A stretch of 61,786 nt of DNA from Minisyncoccia bacterium (GTDB lineage: Bacteria > Patescibacteriota > Minisyncoccia > UBA6257 > 2-01-FULL-56-20). Below, piece after piece: positions 47,154 through 56,525 of this stretch. Position 1 is the first letter of the stretch; each line of letters opens with the position of its first letter. The DNA is taken from NCBI GenBank assembly GCA_050008535.1, contig JBEKML010000003.1:1-61786 (forward strand), written 5' to 3'. Made by a program: the position numbers and the translations under genes. Below the pieces are notes generated by a model. It made no database searches. It was not told the origin of the DNA and worked only from the letters and a program-made list of their open reading frames with translations.

Positions 47154-49034
47154 CTAAACCGTGCGTTTTTTTAGGACTACAACGAGCGAGATCGCAATTA
47201 CCATGAGAATGCCGACCAACGTGACGATGTTCCATGGAACGCTATTCCCTCCGGGAGGAAGTCCGGTATTGGGAAGTCCGGGAGCAGACACAAGGACGGT
47301 AGCGAAGGCATAGCCCAGGGCGGTAAAGCCGTTTGCCTTGCCTTCGGCCGCAGCGACGTTCCTGGTTGAAGCCGTAACATTTGTTTTGCAGGTATAAGTC
47401 CATGTTTCGCCGGGATCAAGCAGGTTGTTGCTGTTGGCATCGCCGGAGATGCGAGAAACCGGACCGCATTTGTCGTCAGTGACGGCTACATTATTCATTG
47501 CAACCACACCTGGATTCGTTACGGTGTACGTATACGTGACATTACCGCCTCCAAACGGAAATGGAGTCAAGCGGCTCGGCACTTTTACGATGTTGATGAG
47601 CGGGGGCGGTAATAACGCGCCGACAACCACGGTAGCGATCGCGGTAGCGACCGTAGCCTGATGGAAACCGTCGTCGCTGTAACCAATTGCAGTTGCGGTG
47701 TTCGTAGTGGTCTTTGAGAGCGTTGTGGTGCAGCTGTATTTCCAGTTTTCGTGCGGGTCAAGTTTGCCGTTGCCATTCAGATCGCCCGAAACATAAGTTA
47801 CCGGGCTGCACTGGTCGTCGGTTACCGCAACATTGATCAAGGCCTGCTGCCCTCCGACATTCCAGGCCGTGTAATTGTATGTAACCGAGCCGGACCCTCC
47901 GGGCAAAGCGAGCGGCGCAGGAACCTTGAGTATTCCGATCAACGGCACGATTCTACCACTCTCACTGACGTTGCCGCCACCTGACGCCGCAGGCGAAACA
48001 ACGGCAACGGCAGTGTTAACGATCGTGCAGGTCGCATCGTCACCCGTCGCGAGCGTCACATTGCCACTTGAATCACATCCCGTTCCGGTGAACGTTCGCA
48101 CATAAGAGGAATTTGCGTCTTCGCTTACCACATAGTTGCCTGCGGAGAGCGCATACGTGGTTCCGGGCGCCGCAGCACCGGCCGTCGGAGCCCCAACATC
48201 CACGCCGCCCTGCTTTACGTGCACGGTAAAGCCGGAAGCAGGCGTCGTGCCGCCAACAACAAGTTTAATGACATGAAGGGATGTCGGTGTGGTAATGGTG
48301 TCCTGGTCGGTCGTGACCGTGTGGCCAAACGCCAGCAATCTTCCTCGTATGTTCACGAATTGTCCTACCGTGATGCCGGTAGAGCCAAGAGCATCGGCAA
48401 TGATGTTCCCCACAAAAGTAGGCGTGGGCGACGTTGCAGAGTTCGCTCCAAGCGTCGCGGTGCCGCCCGGAATCCAATATACATTCTGAGCGAGGGCGCC
48501 GTTCGTCAAAACAACTTTGGAATTTGCTCCCGTCGTAAGCGCCCCGCCCGACTTGAAGATGTAGATGCCTTGGCCATTAAGGGTCACGGTAGTGCTTAGG
48601 GTTATATCCATCGTGCCACTGCTTTTGTAACAACCCGGAGTGTAGGTTCCGGATAGAACAACATTGGTGCCAAGAGACGTGCAGGACGCGTCGGCGGCTT
48701 GAGCGTTCAGGTCCACCAGGGCGGCAGTTTGAGACCCTCCGTTCGTACAAGGCACAACAGCCAGACTTAACGGCGTGGTAGTTACGCCGTTAATTGATAT
48801 AGGCGCCGTGGCGGGTGGCGTGGTATAACAAACGCCTCCAGTGATAGCGGTTTCCAGCCCGGTGCCAGAGGTGTAGGAGTTGGTCCAGGTACTGGCAACA
48901 ATGGCGTAGGGTGCTTCCGCCCCGAGAGATGGCGCCACTCCTACCGCCGCAAGTGCGGCAACGGGCCCAACGAAACCGAGTGCAAAAGTAACGGCTAATA
49001 TAGTTACTACTGAATTCTTACCGATCTTTTTCAT
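47154..49034 (-). CDS. LPNTG-anchored surface protein (DUF3494-like N-domain plus repeated Cys-containing domains)
   Basis: 626 aa. Signal peptide; a duplicated module (VAVTDDQCSPV..SGD.NGNGKLD..E.W.Y.C / VAVTDDKCGPV..SGD.N.N.LLDPGETWTYTC); C-terminal LPNTG, hydrophobic helix and KKR tail. Confidence 0.8.
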   Translation of the reverse strand: MKKIGKNSVVTILAVTFALGFVGPVAALAAVGVAPSLGAEAPYAIVASTWTNSYTSGTGLETAITGGVCYTTPPATAPISINGVTTTPLSLAVVPCTNGGSQTAALVDLNAQAADASCTSLGTNVVLSGTYTPGCYKSSGTMDITLSTTVTLNGQGIYIFKSGGALTTGANSKVVLTNGALAQNVYWIPGGTATLGANSATSPTPTFVGNIIADALGSTGITVGQFVNIRGRLLAFGHTVTTDQDTITTPTSLHVIKLVVGGTTPASGFTVHVKQGGVDVGAPTAGAAAPGTTYALSAGNYVVSEDANSSYVRTFTGTGCDSSGNVTLATGDDATCTIVNTAVAVVSPAASGGGNVSESGRIVPLIGILKVPAPLALPGGSGSVTYNYTAWNVGGQQALINVAVTDDQCSPVTYVSGDLNGNGKLDPHENWKYSCTTTLSKTTTNTATAIGYSDDGFHQATVATAIATVVVGALLPPPLINIVKVPSRLTPFPFGGGNVTYTYTVTNPGVVAMNNVAVTDDKCGPVSRISGDANSNNLLDPGETWTYTCKTNVTASTRNVAAAEGKANGFTALGYAFATVLVSAPGLPNTGLPPGGNSVPWNIVTLVGILMVIAISLVVVLKKRTV

Positions 49035-49057
49035 GTTTTTGTTTATTGGTTGGTTAA

Positions 49058-50368
49058 TTAATAATGCGTGCTTAGATAAGCCCGAGTTATCGCCCCGAAA
49101 TTCCCGAGCGCCGGGCTAATCCCTACGCTCGCCTGAAACTCAGCCAATGCTGCGCGAGTGAGAGATCCGAAGTTAGCGGTCGCGCCAACGCTGGCTAAAG
49201 CTTGTGCCGCCGGACCTTTATTTTGAGCGACCAAAAATTGTTGAAGGATTTTTACGTCATTACCACGACTGCCTTGTCCAAGACTCGTCGCGATCGCCCG
49301 AACTTGCTGGCCAGAAACGGAAGCCGGAGCGGAAGCGGAAGAACCTTGCTGCCCTGCCTGCGCCTGGAGTGATTGTAGGGTTGCTAACAATCCATTGAGC
49401 TGGGCCTGTAAGGCGGCTTTATCTGTCGTTGTCGGCGAGATAGGAACCACTGGTGGATTGCCGCAACCCCATGCAGGACACATAACCTGAGTCGATGTCG
49501 GTGCCGAACAAATATATCTTCCTGGTATGCTTTGGGTGATCCCGATCGGCACCGTACCGACGGGGCATGGCTCCGGGGTCGTCGTGGTTGACGTCACGGT
49601 GAGAGCTACAGACGTTGGCATGGTCACAGCGTTTGATTGCAACGTAACTGCGGCCTGTGCGAGCGCCCTACCGCTCAGGGTTGCGCCAGTATTCAACACA
49701 ATCGTTGTTTGATCCAATATGTTTCCATTAAACGCAGCTGTCGTGCCGATGGTCGTCTGCCCTGCGACAGCCCAGAAAACATTACTCGCCTGTGCGCCGC
49801 CGCTCAGAATAATATGCGTGGCGGAACTCATGACGAGATTCCCCGCTATCTGGAATATCCAGACATCGTTCGGACCGCCCGAGAGAGTGACGTCTGTTGG
49901 TATGGTAACGTTCGTGCTCCATTTGTAGAGTCCTGGTACGAGCGTGTCTCCTCCAATATTCCCCGCACCCATTTCAGTCTGGGTCGGATTCGTCCTCCCC
50001 GCGGCATCGGTATAGGCGGTTTGCATATCGCTTATCGCCGTAGTCATTGTGGTAGGAGTGGGAGCCGCATAATCGGCTGCGTATACTTTTCCGGTAACGA
50101 GCGCCGATGTCGAAAATGCATTCGAGATGTCCAACATTAGTCCGAACCCGGTTATATAGCTCGCGGCCGCGGGGCTGACTCCGATATCCCCGACAATCGA
50201 AGTGGATCCCGTAGTTGAAATCCCTGTTTTGGCAAGAATCACAAAATTACCCGCCGATCCAAGATTTACTGCTGCTGGACCTGCCGCAAATGCGACTTGT
50301 CCAACAAGACTGAGCACGAAAGAAACGACCAATACGATCACTATCGAATTTTTATTGATTTTTTTCAT
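49058..50368 (-). CDS. DUF3494 (ice-binding-like fold) protein with C-terminal peptidoglycan-binding domain
   Basis: 436 aa. Signal peptide, LGSAGNFVILAKTGISTTGSTSIVGDIGVSPAAASYITGF, and a C-terminal GNDVKILQQFL....FGSLTRAALAEFQ (PG_binding_1-like). Confidence 0.75.
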   Translation of the reverse strand: MKKINKNSIVIVLVVSFVLSLVGQVAFAAGPAAVNLGSAGNFVILAKTGISTTGSTSIVGDIGVSPAAASYITGFGLMLDISNAFSTSALVTGKVYAADYAAPTPTTMTTAISDMQTAYTDAAGRTNPTQTEMGAGNIGGDTLVPGLYKWSTNVTIPTDVTLSGGPNDVWIFQIAGNLVMSSATHIILSGGAQASNVFWAVAGQTTIGTTAAFNGNILDQTTIVLNTGATLSGRALAQAAVTLQSNAVTMPTSVALTVTSTTTTPEPCPVGTVPIGITQSIPGRYICSAPTSTQVMCPAWGCGNPPVVPISPTTTDKAALQAQLNGLLATLQSLQAQAGQQGSSASAPASVSGQQVRAIATSLGQGSRGNDVKILQQFLVAQNKGPAAQALASVGATANFGSLTRAALAEFQASVGISPALGNFGAITRAYLSTHY

Positions 50369-50643
50369 GTGTTTTATTTAATATATTTTTATTCCAAAGC
50401 ATTTTTCGTCATCATCAGTTACCGCTCCGGCCTTTATTCCTATGTAACCTTAATGTATTAATGATAACACAGCGCCCTGCCCCGTATCGACCGCGCTAAA
50501 AAGCTGGATAAATCGGCATTTTATTACGCCTTATCCACAGGAGTATGAGGGCTCGTGCCACTCATGTACGTCGAACTCGCGCATCCGGGAAAATGGTTCC
50601 TGCGGCCTGACAAACCGTTCTTAATGGATTAAAATATCCTTAA

Positions 50644-50913
50644 ATGGCCAAACCGCAATCCGCCTATATAAAAGAGCTCAAGCGGCGCGCAAAGGAGTCG
50701 CATGTCTACCGGAAGTACCAGCTCATGGGACTTGAGATCGCCCATGCCCTGCGGGACGAAAAGCATAAATCGCTCTATATTAAGCTTGCCAAAGAGCGGA
50801 GCGGCGAGCGGCTGTTGCAGCTCGCAAAAGAGATCGCGGAAAAAAGGAATGTAAAGAACCCCGGAGCATATTTCATGACGCTGCTTAAAACATCTTCCCG
50901 CAATGGCAAGTGA
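50644..50913 (+). CDS. small basic helical protein
   Basis: 89 aa. It overlaps the def start by 11 nt. A perfect DnaA box lies about 115 nt upstream. Confidence 0.45.
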   Translation: MAKPQSAYIKELKRRAKESHVYRKYQLMGLEIAHALRDEKHKSLYIKLAKERSGERLLQLAKEIAEKRNVKNPGAYFMTLLKTSSRNGK

Positions 50914-51403
50914 GATCCTGCTCGCGCAAAACAAAAAGGAGGAAAAACTGCTGCGAAAAAAAGCGGCGGATTTTGACTTCAAAAAGTTCACAAAAAAAGA
51001 AGTGAACGACCTTGTGGCGCGGATGCGGCGCATTATGAAGGCGGCGAACGGCGTCGGGCTTTCGGCGAACCAGATCGGGCTTGATCTCCGGGTGTTCGTC
51101 GCGGAGGTTCCCGACACGCGGGGCGGCACGAAATTTTACGCCGTATTCAATCCAAAGATAGAAAAGACGGGCGAAGAAAAGATTTCCTACGAAGAAGGGT
51201 GCTTGAGCGTTCCGGAAACATGGGGCGACGTGGAGCGGGCGGAACGGATCGTGATAAGCGGCTTTGATAAGAACGGAAAACCGGCGAAAGTGAAGGCGTG
51301 GGGGCTCCTCGCGCGGGTCTTCCAGCACGAAATGGACCATTTGAACGGGAAACTCTTCATTGACCGGACAAAAAAGGTGTATCGTGCGGAGAAGGGCAAA
51401 TAA
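50903..51403 (+). CDS. def: peptide deformylase
   Basis: 166 aa. Contains GVGLSANQIG, EGCLSVP and HEMDHL. Confidence 0.9.
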   Translation: MASEILLAQNKKEEKLLRKKAADFDFKKFTKKEVNDLVARMRRIMKAANGVGLSANQIGLDLRVFVAEVPDTRGGTKFYAVFNPKIEKTGEEKISYEEGCLSVPETWGDVERAERIVISGFDKNGKPAKVKAWGLLARVFQHEMDHLNGKLFIDRTKKVYRAEKGK

Positions 51404-51417
51404 CACACGGCGCTTTC

Positions 51418-52263
51418 ATGAAATACATTTTTTTCGGCACGCCGCATTTCGCGGAAATCATTCTTGACCAGCTTATTAAGGCGGACATGCCGCCCCATGG
51501 CCTTGTGTGCAATCCGGATCGTCCCCTCGGCCGGAAAAAGATCATTACTCCCCCGCCGACAAAACGGCTCGTTGCCACATGCGGCGCGGCAACAAAAGTC
51601 CTGCAGCCGGAAAAGCTCGACGAACATTTCATTGATGAATTAAAAACGCTGGACGCCGATTTCTTTGTGGTGGCGGCGTACGCGAAGATCATTCCGAAGG
51701 CCGTGCTTGATGTCCCCCGCCTGGGAACGATCGGGGTCCACCCGTCGCTTCTCCCAAGATACCGCGGCGCGACGCCCCTCCAGTCGGTCATTCTAAACGG
51801 TGAAACAGAGACCGGCGTCACGATCTATCTGATGGATGAAAAAATGGATCACGGACCAGTCCTTGCTCAAGCGAAGATGGCAATGAACAGCCTCACCGCG
51901 AGCTACCGCGATCTAGAAGAAAGGCTCGCCGGCGCCGCGGCGGAGCTTCTCCTGCGAACCATGCCGGATTTTTATGCGGGAAGATGCAAACCACAGCCCC
52001 AGGACGAAGATCGGGCGACCTTCACCAAAAAATTCACGGCCGAAGACGGTTTTGTGGCAGCGGACGATCTTACGGCGGCCGAACAGGGCGCGACGCCGAA
52101 GGCCGAGTTCATCCTCCGGAAAATAAACGCCCTTACGCCGGAACCGGGCGTTTGGACGACAAAGGACGGCAAACGGATCAAATTGCTCGAGGCAGAACTG
52201 CGGGATGGCGCCCTCCGGCTCAAGCGGATCCAAAAAGAAGGAGGACGCCCGATCACTCCCTAA
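51418..52263 (+). CDS. fmt: methionyl-tRNA formyltransferase
   Basis: 281 aa. Contains IFFGTPHFA, HPSLLPRYRG and a C-terminal beta-barrel domain. Confidence 0.9.
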   Translation: MKYIFFGTPHFAEIILDQLIKADMPPHGLVCNPDRPLGRKKIITPPPTKRLVATCGAATKVLQPEKLDEHFIDELKTLDADFFVVAAYAKIIPKAVLDVPRLGTIGVHPSLLPRYRGATPLQSVILNGETETGVTIYLMDEKMDHGPVLAQAKMAMNSLTASYRDLEERLAGAAAELLLRTMPDFYAGRCKPQPQDEDRATFTKKFTAEDGFVAADDLTAAEQGATPKAEFILRKINALTPEPGVWTTKDGKRIKLLEAELRDGALRLKRIQKEGGRPITP

Positions 52264-54356
52264 AGCCCTTTCTCCCCTTCCTCGATCTTCCAGATCTCCT
52301 TGCCGATGTAGTCGTTCGTCTCTTGAAGATCGCTCATAAGCTTCTCCTCCCTTGATTTTTCCTCGTCGGAAAGGGCACCCTCCAATTTTGCTTTTTGGAT
52401 CGTGGCGATCTGGAGCTCGATATCTCTGCGCAACATGGCGAATCCGCGGCGGAGCGACTCTTCCGCGTCATGGATCGCCTCCGCAAGTTTTGCTTTCTTC
52501 CTGCGGAAGCCATAGCCGTGATAGACGATGGACGCAACGAGTGCAAGAGCGACGAGGAGAAAGACGATGAAGAGTATGAGGTAGAGCTCCTGATAATCGA
52601 GCCGCACGTTGCCGATTCGGAGAGCGGTCGGGGTTACGGTCACCGACACCCGTGCGGACGGCGGGCTCAACGCGACTCCCGATTTCAGCTCTGCCCATGC
52701 GACGTAGTGGCCGGGATCAAGGAGCTGCGGGAAGGAATAGAACCAGTTGCCATCCGAACCCGTGGTCGCCGACCCCGAGAAGGTGTTTCCGGTTTCCGTC
52801 TGCTCGATATAAATGACGACCGATGCGCTGGGGACGTTCGCCCATCCGCCAAGATACAGTATCTCATCGTTTGAGATCGACGACGGGGCGAGATTGACGA
52901 TCGGCGGACTCACCGTAAGGTCGGACGCGGCCGGATTAGGGGAAGCGGCGGCCCGCACGGCATGAAAACCAAAACTCCACGAGCATCCGATTGCGAGAAA
53001 GAGGACCACCAGACGCTTGAGCGCTTGCTCGTATGCCCGTTGCTTCTCCTTTAGTTCTTGAAGCTTTTTTGCGATCTCGGGATGCTGCGCCGCACCGTCT
53101 TCGAGGCGTTTTTCGATGTCCCGATGAAGGTGCCAGAATATCCGGAGGGCGTACAGAAGCACCGCGAGGATGATGATCAAGACAAAGACAACGACCCACC
53201 ACGGAAGGACAAAGAGCCCCGCCACACGCAGGCCTTCCCTGCCGATCACCTCAAAGATCGGATTCACAACGGTAAGCCGTTCCGTTGCCTGATAAAAGTT
53301 TCCCGCAAAGTCATATGCCCGCACGATCACGTCATAACTGCCGAGGCTGAGGGTTTGCGTATAGGGCGAAGAAGCTTCTATGAAAAACGGCTGTTCCTCC
53401 CCCATCGCTTGAGGGGAGGACTGGTCAAGCGAAATAAGTTTTAATTCGTAATGATCGATCCCCGACGCCGCGTCCGTGGTCTGAAATTGGATGACCGGAT
53501 TCCGGTTGGACGTATAAGAATTCGGGGAGATGGTAATGGTAAATGCGGCTGGCGGCGTATGGTCGATGCGTACCGCGAAGTGGGTTACGCCTCCCCATAC
53601 CCCGTCGCGAAGGGTTTTTATATGGAAATAATGAGTCCCGTCGCTCAGGTTCGAGTAGGAGATGAAATTCTTTGTCCCCTCCGAAATATCGTCAGGGAGG
53701 TCAACGGGCGCATCGCTCAAAATATAGCTGAATCCCTGCGGGGCGGGCGGCGACGCTTCCCAGCGGAAAACGGCTGAGTCGTTCGTATACCATTTGCTTT
53801 GATCGGGGTTCGTGGGCGAGGTGACGATCGGCCCCTGTGGCGGAGGGAGCGTAAGATAATAGATCCCGTCGGTCTTTTGATGTAAAACATCGGTGCCTTG
53901 TCCGTCGTTCAAAAGCACCCGTGAGGTATCTTCAAAGCGGATTACGGCCGTGCCGGTGTTTATGACGCGGAAGGTAATGGAGGAGACCAGGCCATCGCTC
54001 GTCACGATGCCCGGCGTAGGAATAGCCCCCGCAAAGTGAAGCGTGCCGTTGCTGTTCGAATACGTCGGTTGCGTTATCCACGTTTGAATAAAAGATTTGC
54101 CGGAACTGGGAGAAACTACTTGGAGCTTATCGTGCGGAAAGGCAAGGTCGGCCTCGAGGGCATTGACCGCTTCTCCGTTGGTATTGAGATAGATGCCGAC
54201 CGTAAAGGTATCTCCGATCGCAAAAGTTCCCGTTGTCGGACCGAGATAGAGCGAGGATCCTGCGGCGTGGGTTTTTGCAAGAAAACCATTAGAAAAAAGC
54301 ACAAGGAAAGTGCTGACGAGTACGACCAACGCCGCCATTCTTGGGCGCTTTACCAT
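52260..54356 (-). CDS. cohesin-like domain membrane protein (3 TM, 698 aa)
   Basis: Signal sequence, then GDTFTVGIYLNTNGEAVNALEADLAFPHDKLQVV (cohesin-like beta-sandwich pattern), Ig-like regions and three TM helices separated by coiled coil. Confidence 0.6.
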   Translation of the reverse strand: MVKRPRMAALVVLVSTFLVLFSNGFLAKTHAAGSSLYLGPTTGTFAIGDTFTVGIYLNTNGEAVNALEADLAFPHDKLQVVSPSSGKSFIQTWITQPTYSNSNGTLHFAGAIPTPGIVTSDGLVSSITFRVINTGTAVIRFEDTSRVLLNDGQGTDVLHQKTDGIYYLTLPPPQGPIVTSPTNPDQSKWYTNDSAVFRWEASPPAPQGFSYILSDAPVDLPDDISEGTKNFISYSNLSDGTHYFHIKTLRDGVWGGVTHFAVRIDHTPPAAFTITISPNSYTSNRNPVIQFQTTDAASGIDHYELKLISLDQSSPQAMGEEQPFFIEASSPYTQTLSLGSYDVIVRAYDFAGNFYQATERLTVVNPIFEVIGREGLRVAGLFVLPWWVVVFVLIIILAVLLYALRIFWHLHRDIEKRLEDGAAQHPEIAKKLQELKEKQRAYEQALKRLVVLFLAIGCSWSFGFHAVRAAASPNPAASDLTVSPPIVNLAPSSISNDEILYLGGWANVPSASVVIYIEQTETGNTFSGSATTGSDGNWFYSFPQLLDPGHYVAWAELKSGVALSPPSARVSVTVTPTALRIGNVRLDYQELYLILFIVFLLVALALVASIVYHGYGFRRKKAKLAEAIHDAEESLRRGFAMLRRDIELQIATIQKAKLEGALSDEEKSREEKLMSDLQETNDYIGKEIWKIEEGEKGL

Positions 54357-54368
54357 ACTCTCTATATT

Positions 54369-55241
54369 CTACAACATTTGCTTCGGATTCCGCCCCAAAG
54401 CGCCGCCGCCCCGCTTCCGTATGATTTCCCATACGACAACCAATATTCCCACTATAATGAGCCCGAAAACGATGCCCGGAACCTCGAGCACTCCCCAATC
54501 GTATATAAATTGCTCTGTTACGTTCCCGTTATTATCAACTACCCTAAAGTCGATCTGCCAAGCGTTGCGCGGGACAGGCGCCGGGTTTTGGATGAATCCC
54601 CACGGGGTCCAAAAAATTCCGGTGCGATAGCGCATCTCAACGCTTTTTGTCCCCAGGCCGGAGTCCACGACCGAAAAACCAAGCAATTTCTGACTGGCAT
54701 TAAGCGGATCAACTATCAGGGTGAGAAATTCGATCCCTCCCGTGCCCGGGGGAGCGCCATTCGCCGTTTTTGGCGCGCCGGGCAGTACTGAAAATTGCGC
54801 GGGCCTCGAAACAGGAACGACCGCAGTGCCCTTGCCGTCCGCAAGGTAGACGCGCGCATCGGGAAAAGTGAATCGAGCGGTGCCGGCCGCGATAGCCCTG
54901 AAGTTGAGCGTAAGAAGCTCCCCGCTCCCCTTGAACGGAGCGATGGAACCGCCGGCGATAGTTACATCATTCCCGGGAAGCATCTTGGGATTGCTCTGCC
55001 ACACCCTTATGATCGAGTTCGCATTATTGGCGTTCAAAAAGTTCAGCGGTCCTTGAAAATTGAGCGTTATAGAATAGGCATTCAGGGGTTCGTCGGTATT
55101 GAGAAGCACTCTCACGGGAAACACCGATCCGACCGTGATAGTGCCTGTCGGCGCCTCTGTGCGGACCGTCGTCGCAGCAATCGCGCAGACCGGAGCCGCG
55201 CTCAAGAGAAGAAATATAAGAAGAAGCGTATTTTTTTTCAT
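54369..55241 (-). CDS. cohesin-like domain protein with C-terminal TM anchor
   Basis: 290 aa. Signal peptide, ITVGSVFPVRVLLNTDEPLNAYSITLNF, and a C-terminal helix. Confidence 0.55.
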   Translation of the reverse strand: MKKNTLLLIFLLLSAAPVCAIAATTVRTEAPTGTITVGSVFPVRVLLNTDEPLNAYSITLNFQGPLNFLNANNANSIIRVWQSNPKMLPGNDVTIAGGSIAPFKGSGELLTLNFRAIAAGTARFTFPDARVYLADGKGTAVVPVSRPAQFSVLPGAPKTANGAPPGTGGIEFLTLIVDPLNASQKLLGFSVVDSGLGTKSVEMRYRTGIFWTPWGFIQNPAPVPRNAWQIDFRVVDNNGNVTEQFIYDWGVLEVPGIVFGLIIVGILVVVWEIIRKRGGGALGRNPKQML

Positions 55242-55248
55242 GGTAATT

Positions 55249-56037
55249 CTATGTCCAGTAATACATCAGAATTGAGATATCGGGGAAATCAACTACGCCG
55301 TTCCCCGAAGGATCGAAGCACCAGCCTTCGGGCGGATTTTGATCTCCGTAATAGTAAAGCATGATAGAAAGATCGGCGATGTCGACCCGGCCATCATTGT
55401 TGAAATCCAGAGAACACTGACGCGGCTTATTGCCTAGCGATGGGATTAATTCTATCCATCTCCCGCTTCCTGCCCCCACCGAAACACCGCCCCCCGGGGG
55501 ACCAGGCGGCGGAACCGAAGGAACCGTTGTGCTGGCCTCGTTACTGTAAGCGGAATAGACATCTCCCATGAACGCGCGCACGCGGTAAAAATAGGTCTCA
55601 CCGCCCGTGACGGCGTTATCAACATATGCGGTGATATCGCTGCCGGTCCTTACAATCTCGGCATAGGTTCCGGAATCCCCCGTTTTGCGTTCAAGGCTAA
55701 AACCATCCTCATTATTGGAATTATCCGTCCACACGAGGCTCACCTGGTCGGGAGAAACGAGGGAAACCGTGAGGTCCGAAGGCGCGCTGGGCCTGGTTGA
55801 AGTGCCTGGAAAATACAAAAAACCTCCTTTCACCACAAAAGAAGTGCTCGAAGAGATCCCCGTGCCCGGCTGCCCAATGCTCGTGTTTAAATTAAAATTG
55901 GTGGACGTGGCATGCACGCCGCCGACATCGATCACATCAGTATCAACGGTGAAATTATTGGAAGATGCGACGACCGCAAAAACGACGAGAGGCGCCGTAG
56001 CCGCAAGGATAAAACAAAGTTGCAAAACCTGCTTCAT
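55249..56037 (-). CDS. secreted FN3 + dockerin protein
   Basis: 262 aa. FN3 region (PSAPSDLTVSLVSPDQVSLVWTD...YFYRVRAF). Two Ca-binding dockerin repeats: DFNNDGRVDIADLSIML and DPSGNGVVDFPDISILM. Confidence 0.65.
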   Translation of the reverse strand: MKQVLQLCFILAATAPLVVFAVVASSNNFTVDTDVIDVGGVHATSTNFNLNTSIGQPGTGISSSTSFVVKGGFLYFPGTSTRPSAPSDLTVSLVSPDQVSLVWTDNSNNEDGFSLERKTGDSGTYAEIVRTGSDITAYVDNAVTGGETYFYRVRAFMGDVYSAYSNEASTTVPSVPPPGPPGGGVSVGAGSGRWIELIPSLGNKPRQCSLDFNNDGRVDIADLSIMLYYYGDQNPPEGWCFDPSGNGVVDFPDISILMYYWT

Positions 56038-56062
56038 TCATTTTGCCCGCCCGGTTCGAAAA

Positions 56063-56470
56063 TTAACGTTTCGCCGAAGAAGTCGCATTAGCAGGAGCGG
56101 TCGGAGCAGCATTCCCAATGGTGATCGGCGCCACCTCCACGATTTTATTCATAGAAGGATCATACAATATCGCTTTCTTTGCGCCTGCGTAAATAAGTAC
56201 CAGATCCCCTTTTACGGCGTTCGCGAAAAATGCCTGCCCTTTCAACACGTTGGGGTCCACCACGGTCGCAACGGTCGGGGTTTCGCCCTGAGGAAGGACA
56301 ATAAGCTGCTCAACCCTGGCCACCAATGCGTTAACATCAATCTGATTAGCAGCGGGTTGGGCGGTCGCCGCGATCTTCGTAAAGGCCCGATAGTAATAAA
56401 ACGCCAAACTGCCTACTACTATCAACACGACGACGAGAACCACAAGCACGAGGTCTTTTGTACTTTTCAT
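56063..56470 (-). CDS. single-TM hypothetical protein
   Basis: 135 aa. N-terminal TM, same strand as and downstream of the giant gene. Confidence 0.5.
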   Translation of the reverse strand: MKSTKDLVLVVLVVVLIVVGSLAFYYYRAFTKIAATAQPAANQIDVNALVARVEQLIVLPQGETPTVATVVDPNVLKGQAFFANAVKGDLVLIYAGAKKAILYDPSMNKIVEVAPITIGNAAPTAPANATSSAKR

Positions 56471-56525
56471 ACTCTATATGATACCAAAAACGAGATGTAT
56501 GCAAAAATGGCCGCCCTGTGGATAA

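Noticed and set aside
50370-50643. Replication origin (oriC)
   Set aside because: There is only one perfect and one near DnaA box, no dnaA/dnaN nearby, and no obvious AT-rich unwinding repeats.
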